Shown here: positions 1 to 12,190 of the stretch, in pieces
Layout of the letters: each line of letters starts with the position of its first letter
Position numbering within the stretch: position 1 is the stretch's first letter
Assembly: GCF_006345805.1 (NCBI RefSeq)
Contig: NC_043000.1
Location: 66,898,001 to 66,962,000 of the forward strand
Direction of reading: 5' to 3'
From: Octopus sinensis
Lineage: Eukaryota
DNA length: 64,000 nucleotides
The notes under the pieces: model-generated
Told to the model about the DNA's origin: nothing
The model's database searches: none
Seen by the model: the letters and a program-made list of their open reading frames with translations, nothing else
Made by a program: the position numbers and the translations under genes

Positions 1-173
1 GAGGGTCGTCTTTTACATGAGATCGACTTAATTATACTCAGTACTTTGAAGAACTGTATGGAAGGAAATATTATCTTGGTTTTGAAAGAAAATTTGAGGA
101 GATTTTTTACGTTGAAAGAATGGATAGGATAAGGAAAGATATGAAATCACTGTGAATTTCTAAAGGAAGCAGC

Positions 174-225
174 AATAGAAAGTAATGTTTACTCATAAAA
201 ATAGAAAGTAATGTTTACTCATAAA
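174..225. repeat. 26-bp tandem duplication
   Basis: AATAGAAAGTAATGTTTACTCATAAA twice in direct tandem. Confidence 0.9.
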
Positions 226-372
226 AATCAAAGTCAAGAAGAAATACCTAAAAATGGAAGAAATGAAACTGTGTAGAAAGAGGAAAACTTGTAACCAACT
301 TATTATAATTAAGAAATAATTGGGTACTTGATTTTATGCATATGATACTTAAATATTGTTTGAAAGAATAAT

Positions 373-725
373 ACTTTCTACAGGAAATATAAGGCCTCAA
401 ATTTGGGGGAAGGGATTAAGACCCCGAAAGGATGAAAGCAAAAATCAACCCCGGCGGAATTTGAACTCAGAACGTAGCTGCAGACGAAATACCTATTTTT
501 TTACTACCCACAAGGGACTAAACACAGAGAGGACAAACAAGGACAGACAATCGTATTAAGTCGATTACATCGACCCCAGTGCGTAACTGGTACTTAATTT
601 ATCGACCCCGAAGGGATGAAAGGCAAAGTCGACCTCGGCGGAATTTGAACTCAGAACGTAGCGGCAGACGAAATACCGCTACGCATTTCGCCCGGCGTGC
701 TTACGATTCTGCCAGCTCCCCGCCT
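373..725 (-). mobile_element. Dimeric tRNA-derived SINE (octopus family with GCCTTTCATCCTTTCGGGGTCGAT central domain) with 19-bp TSD
   Basis: Minus-strand head GGCGGGGAGCTGGCAGAATCG...GAGTTCAAATTCC (A/B-box-like); central domain present twice; flanked by TATTG(T/C)TTGAAAGAATAAT at 354-372 and 726-744. Confidence 0.85.
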
Positions 726-816
726 TATTGCTTGAAAGAATAATGTCGACGAAAGGTTTAGGGAAAAAAAATATTGCAGTTGCGCCATTAATTTTTTTTT
801 GAAAATGTAAGAAATT

Positions 817-2141
817 GGATGTGTTAAGTTTGGCTCACAGATTTTTTTAATTAATTTTTTTTAATTAAACAGTTTGAAACTTTGTATACTGGTGTAATTT
901 CTCACGCAGAACACGGTTTACTTTGAACATTATTGACAAAATTTCGTATTTTAGAAGTTATTTCGAGTTAAAGTTGTATTTGGTTAATTTTAATCAATCA
1001 GCGACGTGTATTCGGTTGAAGAAAGCTACTGCTGTTTGTGATAGTAATCGAAGAAGAACAACTTCCGGTCATCTCTACTAAATGTCACCACTCTGTTCTA
1101 TCTTATTTTTTGTTTACTGCCTGTGTTGCATATTACACGGGTTTTTTTTGTCCTCGTGTCGGAGTAACCAGTAAACACCGAAGAATCAACACCAAGAAGG
1201 AAAAAATATTATTTACATATATTTATTCGTTTACCCGACATCAGTATTTAAGCCGCAGGGCAGAATTTTGGGGGAAGATTTTGGTTTTATCTACACATAG
1301 GGCGCACCAGTGTTTAAAAGACCTACAGCGCAACGGGTCCGCAGCTAACTTTTTTGTTGTTGGCCTGTGTGTAGTTCCAAAAGGCTTTATTTTACAACTT
1401 TGAGATGTATTGTTATTGTTATGATTTTATCTTACTATAATCAACAACACATTTCGTCAATATAAAAGTCTTTATTAGATTAAAAATAACATTATCAAAA
1501 CATGAAGGTAAAACAAAACAAATATGCTTTGTTTTCTTCCAGGCACCAATGTACTGTAGCCATAGTCTTTCACGCTGTTCACCAACCGACTTTACCTCTG
1601 AAAAATCAGAGGAATCAATCAATCTCCATACAAATGATTTTCCTCCTGAAACTTCTAAAAAAAGTACACATATTAGGCGCACCTTTCTATAAGCCGCACA
1701 CTAAATTTTCCAGGTAAAAAATTGTGGCTTATACACCGGAAAATACGGTAATTGTAGTGGCAGTAACAAGTTCGCTCGCTGGTTGGTAGTTGATAGTGTA
1801 GAACTGGCTGTCTGAAAGAGAAAGAGTAAGGTACTGACTAGAAAGGAAGAAAGGGTAACACACGAATAGAACAGAGTGGTGACATTTAGTAGAGATGACC
1901 CGGAAGTTGTTCCTCTTCGATTACTATCACAAACAGCAGTAGCTTTCTTCAACTGAATACACGTGGTTAGTTAAAATTGCCCAAATACAATAACTTCTAA
2001 AATACGAAATGAAATTCTATCAAAAATGTTCAAAGTAAACCGTGTTCTGCGTGAGAAATTACACCAGTATACAAAGTTTCAAACTGTTTAGTTTAAAAAA
2101 AAATGAATTAAAAAAATCTGTGAGTAAAACTGAACAGATCC
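817..2141. mobile_element. Long-TIR fold-back non-autonomous DNA element (arms ~817-1101 and ~1866-2141)
   Basis: ~280-bp arms are reverse complements, ending GGAT(G/C)TGTT...AACAGATCC; arms related to element at 19475-20277; no TSD seen. Confidence 0.8.
1675..1750. mobile_element. pogo/Tigger-like transposon end
   Basis: ...GGCTTATACACCGGAAAATACGG|TA terminus with subterminal TATAAGCCGCAC, typical of pogo-family ends; partner end not found. Confidence 0.55.
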
Positions 2142-3160
2142 ACGTAGGGTTATAAAGGTAGTAACTGTAATTAAATTTAAATGTAAACAGGTTTATTATT
2201 TCACCTATAAAAATAGGAAATAAAAACGATTTTTGAGAATCAAAGCTTCGGTTTAATCATCTAATGAAGCCAAGCTATTTCTTTATTCCTTTTTCATCAT
2301 GTTATCAAGTTAAAAAACCGGTTTTAACGTGGTAACCCAGATTATGAGTAAGAAACGCAACTGAATGGAAGTAGTGCGGCATGGAATTGAAACTAAGTAT
2401 TACAAAAATTATTGCTGCTCATCAGTAATAGTCATCACACTAATAAACAATGTATGCAATCTACAGTTATTCTTATTTTGATAATATTAGTAAACAATAT
2501 TTACTATCTTAATTATACTAATTTTCATCATTTTAATAAAAATGGACCTTGAAGAATATTTAAGAAAATTATGAAAATTTTCCTGTGCTTGTATCTCAAA
2601 AAGTACCACAGAAGCCATGTAGTCTAAGAAATATTTTCCTTGCTGCTGTTATATTCCGTTGCGGCAAACTTGTCCCGATGTACTTTCTGGTTAGACTTGT
2701 GAAAATTATTGTTTTCGTTTGAGCTGAATAAATTGTTATAACGAGAAACAATTGCTGAGAATCCTATCATTCTATACAGCTCGTATGTCGGCTTCAGTAT
2801 TGGAAGCACGCTGATTTACACACGACCGCTTTTAATACAAATGATGTGTGCCATCTTTCACACATGTCATACAACATAAAGCAGCGAAGTAAGTAGCTGA
2901 GAGGATTGAAAACCGGCCTGTCGCCAGACTTTGGTGCTTGCTTCAGAATATTCTGGGTGGGCACTAATCTGTAATAATGCTAAAGTGGAGTTTCGAAATA
3001 AGTGTATCACTGTAAATCTGAGGGTGCACCATTGAATAGTGAGAGGGTAGTGCCGTCCCATTCACACACTTAGCGAGAGTTATGATTGAAAGGGAGATTG
3101 ACAAATTACGTTGGCTAGTAATAAAATTAAACATGTTTAATTAGACTAGCTTGGTTTTAG

Positions 3161-3196
3161 ACTCCTTAAGCTTGTCCAACAACATGGCAAAGAAAG
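3161..3196 (+). CDS. Small upstream exon of uncharacterised membrane-protein gene (ATG at 3184, MAKK; whole 36-nt exon is open in frame)
   Basis: ttttag acceptor at 3160, AACAACATGG start context, AAG|gtaggt donor; phase 1 matches the next exon (G+AC=Asp). Confidence 0.6.
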
Positions 3197-3549
3197 GTAG
3201 GTGAATTACTTAGATACGAACTATTTTGTCCTCTCGTCTATGGAAAGTGGGGTGCGAGTTGATTTATGTTACTTGAAGAACCGCGACCGGAAGGGATAAT
3301 AGTTTCCTAATATAACCCAATAGATTTACGGAGCTCCACTCTAATATCTCTGCTAAATTAAGCCACATTCTCACAAAATTAACTTTCATATTATTAGAAT
3401 ATGATAATGACGTTCAATGTTAGTTCTCATTAATGATTTTAATTTTCCTCGTTAATTCTTTTGAAATTTGATGTAATTTCATGCATTTAAGAAATTATTT
3501 CTATGAATTCTCTAATAGTTTTTGTTGTTGTCTTCATTGTTAATTTCAG

Positions 3550-4253
3550 ACTCCAGTAACAAGATAGCGAAATCGTCGACAGACAATGAATTATCAAAAG
3601 TAAAATCCGAAAGCATGATGAGAGCCGAAGAGGGATCATCGAATCATATATTCGATTTTTCTCGAATTAATGCTCGGAAGCTTTTGGAAGTGAGTACTGA
3701 ACCCTCATCAACAGACACGCCTGAAGGAGATCTCACTTTGGGTGATAAAATTGCGAATTTTTACGCCGATGACAATAATATGGCTCTTTATTGTGTATTG
3801 CCATTATTGATTCTTGTTTATGGTGGCTGCTCTGTTATATACTGCGTTCATAAATGTAGAAGGCATTTCAGAAAGAAAAATCGAACCGCAAGCACTAACC
3901 AATTATTAGGAGATAATGTTTCTCTTATATCTGACGGTGATGTTAACGCTCCTGCACCTAAGAAACGAAGACCAATATCTGCTCGAAGCAATCGTATAGC
4001 GCCTGAACCAGAGATTAAACCAGTAACTGTTCATCCAAAGCTCAAAATGTCACCTAACGAACAAGTAAGAGATTTGCTCACCGACTACGAATTCTTTACA
4101 TCATGGGTGATAGCACAGAAAACCGCAGATCTTCTCAAGTTGCACGGAGGAAAAAATCCTGGTTCCTCTCTTTGTCCAACAGATTCAAATATTTCTCAAA
4201 GCTATGGAAGTGCAGTTGGAGGCAAAAAAAAGAAGCTGGTATTTTTGTCCTAA
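3550..4253 (+). CDS. Terminal exon of uncharacterised single-pass transmembrane protein
   Basis: 704-nt open frame after tttcag acceptor; hydrophobic helix ALYCVLPLLILVYGGCSVIYCV followed by basic HKCRRHFRKK; non-repetitive; no TE motifs. Confidence 0.8.
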
Positions 4254-4499
4254 CTGATATATATATATATATATTTATACACATATTGCGTGTGCTGTAT
4301 GCTCATATTGATATTTATTCTCTTTTAAATATTTTCTTCAATATTCAGTCAACATTCACATAAAACGATCACCACTTTCTTTCTAATACATAATAGCAAC
4401 GTTCATTTGTTTGTGTAATTAATGATATTAAATAATATATCATCACCTACATTACTGTATCTATTTCGTTTTTCTTCTTTCGTCCCTTTAGAATTGGAA

Positions 4500-4826
4500 T
4501 TTTTGAAAAGTAAAAATTTTGCACTATGTAACTTGTTATTTTCTTTAAGTGAACATTTTTCTGGTTGAAATACACCGAAAAATGGCCACACAGCAGTCAA
4601 AAAATCGTAAAAAATAGGGATTTTCAAAGAAAAAAAACACCTTTTTGATGTAAATAATTTTTGGTATTAACATGATCTGATTTGAATTTTTTCTTCTACG
4701 GAAGAAAGAGCAATTTTGGTCTCAATTTTGGTCAACTTGCGCCGCAGGGTCTCGGAGGAGATAGTGTTAGTTGAAGGCTACCAAACCTGCCATACAAAGA
4801 CAACTTCAGCTTTATATAGAGAGAGA
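4500..4826 (-). mobile_element. Helitron-like 5' end fragment
   Basis: Minus strand begins A|TCTCTCTCTATATAAAGC, the TC...TATATAA 5' style of non-autonomous Helitrons; 3' CTAG not found. Confidence 0.5.
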
Positions 4827-4884
4827 TTAGACAGGTTGAATACCTTATAATATAGGCACACACACGTATACATTATTATTATTA

Positions 4885-5448
4885 TATAAACCAAGAGAAT
4901 AGATGGAGGTAAGATTAATAAAAATTTGTTAATATATTGACAAAACGTACAATTGCTTCAATTCCTGGCTCATAGCAGAAAAGCAATGAAATTTAATTTA
5001 ATTAAATCAATTTGGTTAATTATTATAAGCCAGAATATCATCAGGGAAGAACGTACAATGAAATTTGTTTATTGTTTTTTATATATCATCATTTATCGTA
5101 TTTTTGCATGGGTATGTCTGCATTAACATTATTGTTATTTATATTAATTTATGACAATAGCTATTTTTATAACTGTATATATTTTTATATTATGTATCAA
5201 TTTTAATGGTACACTGTATTTTTCCTGTTTGCTTATTTAATGTTTCCATTATGTTTTCAATATGTTGCATATAAATTTCTTTGTACGTTCTTCACTGATG
5301 ATATTTGGGTTATAATAATTAACCAAATTGAATAAATTAGATTAAATTTGATTGATTTTTATGCTATAAGCGAGCAATTGAAACAATTGTAGGTCTTATA
5401 CCAATGTATTAATAAATCTTTATTAATCTTATCTCCATCTTCTCTCTT

Positions 5449-5455
<7 letters not shown>
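4885..5455. mobile_element. PLE-type fold-back (arms ~4885-5066 and ~5273-5455) with degenerate HHR-like motif in each arm
   Basis: Arms are diverged reverse complements; each reads CTGATGA-long stem-GAA(A/G)CAATTGTA outward; abuts (TA)n. Confidence 0.6.
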
Positions 5456-5509
<54 letters not shown>

Positions 5510-5660
5510 TATTTAAAACTAAGGTGCGACTTACATATGCGACAAAGCTGAAACTATGAAAGTATATATTTATATCGTCAATGTATCACATATCCGAAAA
5601 AGCAGCACACCTGCATAGAGCAGTCATGTATTTATAAGTAGTTAAGTCTTTGTCCGGTCA

Positions 5661-5724
5661 TAGAGTGACCGATGGCTTCGCATCCACAAAGGCCTCAGCC
5701 CGGTGAACGTCTCGTCAGACTCTA
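5661..5724 (-). ncRNA. Type I hammerhead ribozyme motif (A15.1>G variant)
   Basis: UAGAGU-CUGACGA-[G...C stem II]-GAAG-CC-AUC-GG-UC-ACUCUA; stem I UAGAGU/ACUCUA is a perfect 6-bp helix. Confidence 0.8.
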
Positions 5725-5765
5725 AAGCCAAAAACGAGGTGAAGAGTTACATTTGCCTTCGGGTT

Positions 5766-5829
5766 TAGAATCTGATGAGACGTTCACGGGGCTAAGGCTT
5801 TTGTGGATACGAAACCATTGATCACTCTA
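5766..5829 (+). ncRNA. Type I hammerhead ribozyme motif (stem I/III mismatches)
   Basis: UAGAAU-CUGAUGA-[G...C stem II]-GAAA-CC-AUU-GA-UC-ACUCUA; inverted partner of 5661-5724. Confidence 0.75.
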
Positions 5830-5877
5830 CGACCGGACATAGACTTAACTGCTTATGATATATATGTGTGTGTGTGT

Positions 5878-6002
<125 letters not shown>

Positions 6003-6016
6003 TATACATACATATG

Positions 6017-6297
6017 TCACGTGACCGACCAGACCATCAGATGTTGTTACAAATCGCTGGTCACAATGCGTTCGCATTGTTTTAGCCTTTGAATGACGCC
6101 ACCCCGCTGGCTAAGCGAGCAGGCCAACAGAAGAAAGAGTGGGAGAAAGAGTGGTGAAAGAGTACAGCAGGGATCACACACCCACCCCCTGCCGGAGCGT
6201 CGTGGAGCTTTTAGGTGTTTTCGCTCAATAAACACTCAAAACGCCTGGTCTGGGAAGCGAGTCCGCTGCCCTAACCACTGGGCCATTGCGACTCCAC
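6017..6297 (-). mobile_element. tRNA-derived SINE (second family), B-box region deleted
   Basis: Head GTGGAGTCGCAATGGCCCAGTGGTTAGGGCAGCGG on minus strand; 3' part repeated at ~10975-11092. Confidence 0.7.
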
Positions 6298-6764
6298 ACA
6301 TACATATGTATGTATGTTCAACTATTCTTATTTAGTGAAAAATAATTATTAAGCTTTATTACTGTATGACAAGTTTAATAAGTTTAATGTTTAAAAGAAA
6401 TGAAAGAAGCAAAATAGTAATCTGACCAAAATTAAGCCTACCATTTACGTTGACATTCATTTTGGTCGTGGTAATTTTTAAATTTAAAATATACAAGGTC
6501 TCACAAGTATTAACTTTAAATACCAAGTCGTTCGTATATTTTGAAGGTAGTATAGTACTATATTCACTGTAATGAAGAAAATGCACCCACGTCAACAAGT
6601 CTTCTTTATTCCAACGTAAGACCTTGAAACAATCATTGATAGAGTTATTGTGTGGAAGTCGATAAGTAATTCGTCATATGAATGACGTAATAATCACGCC
6701 ATATGAATGACGTAATAATCAGATGGCATAAGTCTGTAGATACTTCAATATAAAGTGGCTAACT

Positions 6765-6900
6765 ACGTTCTGGGTTCAAATTCCGAGGTTAACTTTGCCT
6801 TTCATCCTTTCGGGGTCGATAAAATAAGCTCCAGTCGAACACTGGGATCGACGTAATCGATTTATCCCCTCTCTCGACCTTGGGCCAAAATCTGAAATCA
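6765..6900 (+). mobile_element. 5'-truncated SINE (same family as 373-725)
   Basis: GGGTTCAAATTCC...GCCTTTCATCCTTTCGGGGTCGAT. Confidence 0.75.
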
Positions 6901-7219
6901 ATATAAAGAAGCTAAATAGAGAACACCCAGCTGAATCATATCAGTAATAATGTATTTCGCCCGAGCCCCTGGAAATATGGAACCTCTTATATATATTGCT
7001 CTTGCTATGAGGTTAATCTAGCACTGTATACAAACGTATTTGATATATTGCAAGTGTATCAAAGTCATCGAAATTTTATATCAAGTGGTCAATAATTTTA
7101 AAATAAATCACTGACTTAAATTTTCAGTACACATTAAAGAAATTCACCATCTATTCTTAAGGCCAAAAACAAATGGAGAGTGGGGTTTTGAGAACTGGTT
7201 TTAAAAATAACTTCAAGCT

Positions 7220-7582
7220 TGGCTGTGTGGTAAGAAGCTTTCTTCTCAACCACATGGTTCCAGGTTCAGTCCCACTGCGAGGCACTTTGGGCAATTATCT
7301 TCTTCTATAGCCTCGGGCCGACCAAAGCCTTGTGAGTGGATTTGGTAGAACGGAAACTGAAAGAACCCCGTCGTATATATGCATATATATAGCTATGTGT
7401 GTGTGACTTTGTGTCTGTGTTTGTACCCCACCACAGCTTGACAACCGGTGCTGGCGTGTTTACATCCCCATAACCTAGTGGTTCGTAAAAAGTAAATACT
7501 GGGGTCGATACATTCGACTAAAAATTCTTCATGGTTTCTGTCTAATGACTGAAACAAGTAAAACATAAAAGATAAAAGATAC
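7220..7582 (+). mobile_element. CORE-type tRNA-derived SINE
   Basis: TGGCTGTGTGGTAAG A-box, GGTTCAGTCCC B-box, GCAC(C/T)TTGGGCAA CORE-like motif, internal microsatellite, AAAAGAT tail. Confidence 0.8.
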
Positions 7583-9806
7583 ATTATTCTAAAAGATGAT
7601 TAAGTGTTCAGCATTTAGTTTAGGATAGTGTACGAAGATATTGTAGTGAGAAAAATGAAATAGTAAACACAAGTATTGCATACAACCAATGGAATCAATT
7701 CTTCAGTGAATTTTCTTTGCAAGGGAGTTTACTAGATTCACCTAACTCCTGCATGTGTTAAAAATCCCGCCCGCTAACCACTATAAGTTATGAGCTTGAA
7801 TATTTATACTGGATATTTATGCTGAAATAATTGCTTTATAATCTTTTTTCACAGTTCCATTGAAGATTGTAACTTATATTTTCCAAGTTATCCTCACATG
7901 TATTTGGTGACATTATGTGGGTGTAAAGAAAAATGTCCTCTAAGATTCTAATAAAAGAAAAAAAGTGCATCACTCCTAGACATTCGTAGATTATTTGTGT
8001 TCATTAGCAGATATCACGTTATAAAGTAATTAGGATTTATAGTTTTATACAATTGCTTAAAATGTATAAAATAATAGATGTAAACGAATCATAAGAACCG
8101 TCGATAACTTTAATTCAATCTATTAAAGAAATATTGCTGCAAACATTTCTTATTATCTTTTATAAATTATCATAAATTATTCATTTCTATTATTCGGTAA
8201 AAAACATGGGTGACACTTTTCTATATGGTAGAACCAAAATCTTTCAGTTCAAGTGGATCCTGCGAACACTGTATTCAATAGCATGTAATGCCAAAATACG
8301 TGCAAAAACAGTTAATAAGGAATTTTTGTTGCAGTGTTTATGCAACGAACTAAAATTGAGAATCAGAATATCTGTTAACAGAAGTTAATTCATATGAACC
8401 AAGCCTTCGTTTATAGCAGAATCAAGGTTCCTTTAGCACTATTAAATAATATGAACTTCATATGAAATGTTATAAGATGAAAATGATTGATAACTAACAT
8501 ATCTTGTGTATTAATTATTTTCTTTCCACTGTTGGTGTACAAATAATGAAAAGAAAAACGAGTCAGAACATGTTTGTAGAAATTCAAGAAACATTGGACG
8601 CTCTCTCTAAAGTATAAAACTTGTGGAACAAGTATGACATACTGGAGTTTCGAATTACGGTTTAATTTCCGATCCAGAAAACTAATAATAAAAAAAAATA
8701 ATAAAAAAGGAGCTTCATTAAATCAAACATACGACAAGGATGAATTTCCCTATTCATTATCAACTTTATTTCAGAAATGGTGGTACAAGAATGGATATCA
8801 TGTTTACAAATTTAATTTTAAAATTGTATGACAAAAAAAAACCCCAAAAAAACCGAAAGATAAAGGTTGACCTTTCCAATGGCCGTGAAGAATATTTCAG
8901 TCGGTTAGAAGAAGAATCCCTCCTAACTTGATGTGGGCTCATTTTCATTGAAGACTGACCTTTTTCTCACCAAAAAGGTGCTCCTCTTTGCGAAAGATAG
9001 GCATTTTTTTTCATAGGTGACTGTCTCCTCACTAAGCGTTTCATCTTTCCGTGAAATGTACTCATACTAACGTTATTTTACTTCCTTTTGTAACTGTTTC
9101 TTCTTTCGAATTTTTTTTCTTAAGAAAAATGTCAATCAGCTGTGGTTTCTGCTTGTCACCATCCTCATTAGTGAAAGATGTGGTATTGCTGTGAAGCAAG
9201 GTTCGAGTATTGCTTTGTGGTTTTGCAAGATCTTGATGACTTGTATGTCCGTAGCAGGGGTTGCAAATAACTTATTGGAACCTTTCCAATCAATTATTTT
9301 CCTAGCAATTAATTGCCTGTTATTTTGCCGAACGTAAAAACACCATATATTTTATAGTGTTAGCTTCGATTTAGATAAGACCAAAATGATGGGAAAATAA
9401 AAGGCATGTCTTACAGTTTCAAAAAAATTTTTTATCAGAAAACGTTCAAAGTTAAATTTTATTGATTTAGAATAGGGAACAAACAACATATTGTACAGTT
9501 GTTAAAAAACAAATAAATTGAAGGTCTTTAATTGTAAGAGTTTCTCAAATGAGTAGCCCAATTAAAAATGTTCTAATATAGCAAAAGGTCATGAACAATT
9601 GACTTATAGTTTTTCTGAGTAATCCACCAACAGAGTTTGGTTTCATGGGTTTCTTTTCTTTTCCAGGGTATTTCGCATGCTTTCAACGAATGTGACATCG
9701 AAATCACACGTAAACAGCCCCTTTCCCCGCAAAAGGAAAGATTTGGCTGCTATTTCTTGCACGCCCTGCTACCACATAACAGGTATTTCAGGTCCTTTAT
9801 CGCAAA

Positions 9807-10777
9807 CTAGCAGTATAACCCGGCCTTGCCCGGGATTTAGCTACGATTATTAAGCTAATCAAGTTCTTTATTTCAAACCAAACTAAGTAATATCGACTCT
9901 CAACAAAACACTTTTTTACTCGGCGTAAAATAAAAACAAAACTCTTTCGCACTCAAAGTAATGTGTGTGAGAGAGAGAGGGGGAGAAATATGAACGATTT
10001 AAAATAAATATATTCTAATTGTTGTGTGAGAAAGTATATATGCTATGATTATAAAATATAGTGTCTTTCAAAATCATCCTGAATTTGAACACTATATCTC
10101 GTGTTTAAGAAAAACCAAAACATTTTACACTTTATTTTTCATGAACGTCGTCACTTACTCTCGCTCCCTCTCTCACCTTGTCTTTCCCGTGAAACTCACT
10201 GCCTCCTTCTTCCACTTTTCTTTATCTTATTTTTTTTGTTAGACGCCGTCAAAAAAGCTATGGCTAAAAATATATTTTTATGAACGTTGTCACTTACTCT
10301 CTCTCTCTCTCTCACTCACGTTGTCTTTACTGTGAAACTCTCTGCCTCCTTCTTCCACTTTTCTTTATCTTATTTTTTTTGTTAGACGCCGTCAAAAAAG
10401 CTATGGCTAAAAATAGATTTTTATGAACGTCGTTACTTACTCTCTCTCTCTCTCTCTCTCTCCCTCTCTCACTTTGTCTTTCCCGTGAAACTCTCTGCCC
10501 CTCTTCCACTTTTCTTTATCTTGTTTTTTTTTTGTTAAACGCCGTCAAAATAACCTATGGCTGATATTTTTTATGGCTAAAAGCTATGGCTGAAAATAGA
10601 TTTTTACGCTATCCGCGGGTGCCTCGGGAAAAAAATAAGTTGACAAAACCCAGATAGGTTCGTGGCGAATGTCCTCCTAAAATTTGAGTGGCATGCATGC
10701 TAATTTGTGGATATGCATAAATTACAATCACATACACACACGCGCGCGCGCGCACATCATGCCTTTTATAGATATGA
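9807..10777 (-). mobile_element. Non-autonomous Helitron, copy B of tandem dimer
   Basis: Minus strand 5'-TCATATCTATAAAAGGC ... CCCGGGCAAGGCCGGG hairpin ... CTAG|T; internal ~145-bp tandem units at ~10137-10560. Confidence 0.85.
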
Positions 10778-12190
10778 CTAGCAGTATAACCCGGACTTGC
10801 CCGGGATTAAGTTACGATTATTAAGCTAATCAAGTTCTTCATTTCAAGCCAAACGAAGTAATATAGATGTCAAATTTGGGCGAAATCCGTTAAAATTAGT
10901 TCTATTATATATATATATTATATATATATATATATATATTATATATATTATATATATATATATATATTATATATCACGTGATCACGTGACTGACCAGACC
11001 ATCAGATGTTGCTACACATCGCTGGTCACAATGCGTCCGCATTGTTTTTGCCTTCGAATGATGCCACCCCGCTGGCTAAGCGAGCAGGCCAATATATTAT
11101 ATATATATTATATAATATATATATATGATATATATGATATAATATAAATATATATGGCCAAAAACACGAACACACATACACACACGTACGTACGTACACC
11201 TATTGCATGTTTTGTGCACGCATACATGTTCATAAACAGAAATGAATGGAAAAAATGTTGTTAAATGTGTAAAATAACATTCGCACGATTTTCACTAAGA
11301 AAAGAATCGTTTTTTTTTTGCGTGGAATCAACTACTCTGGCCTCAAAACCCTTTTTGTAATCCGTGAAACGGAGTGGGATGTGGTGGAACCGTCGCAAAT
11401 TGTACCCATTATATTGTGTATATCACTGACAAATTGTTACTCACCCCTTTGTTTCTTTGTTGTTAAATAAATGGATTGTCAACAAAGCACTTTTTACTCG
11501 GCGTAAAATAAAAACAAAACTCTTTCGCACCCAAAATAATGTGTGTGAGAGAGAGAGGGGGAGAAAGATGAACGATTTAAAATAAAAAAGTGATGTAAAA
11601 TAAATATATTTTAATTGTTGTGTGAGAAAGTATATATAATATGATTATAAAATATAGTGTCTTTCAAAAGCAAAAAACAAAACATTTTACATTTTATTTT
11701 TTATGAACGTAGTCACTTACTCTCTCTCCCTCTCTCACTTAGTCTTTCCCCTGAAACTCTCTGCACCTCTTCCACTTTTCTTTATCTTATATTTTTTTTT
11801 TGTTAGACACCGTCAAAAAAAGCTAAGGCTGAAAATAGATTTTTGTGAACGTCGTCACTCACTCTCACTCTCCCTCTCTCACTTTCTCTTTCCCGTGAAA
11901 CTTTCTGCCTCCTTCTTCCACTTTTCTTTATCTTGTTTTTTTTGTTAGACACCGTCAAAAAAGCTATGGCTGATATTTTTTATGGCTAAAAGCTATGGCT
12001 GAAAATAGATTTTTACGGTATCCGCGGGTGCCTCGGGAATAAAATAAGTTGACAAAACCCAGATAAGATGTTGACGAATGTCCTCCTAAAATTTGAGCGA
12101 CATGCGTGCTAATTTGTAGATGTGCATAAATTACAATCACATATACACACACACACACGCACACACACATCATGCCTTTTATAGATATGA
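10778..12190 (-). mobile_element. Non-autonomous Helitron, copy A of tandem dimer
   Basis: A|TCATATCTATAAAAGGC start at 12190, hairpin then CTAG at 10781-10778 fused directly to TC of copy B; contains SINE fragment ~10975-11092. Confidence 0.85.

Noticed and set aside
2454-2552. MQSTVILILIILV... as signal-peptide exon for the membrane protein
   Set aside because: No convincing phase-1 donor; hydrophobicity is expected from AT-rich DNA.
10137-10560. CRISPR-like repeat array (also 27676-27960, 44280-44550)
   Set aside because: Units are whole diverged tandem repeats without unique spacers; eukaryotic context and no cas genes.
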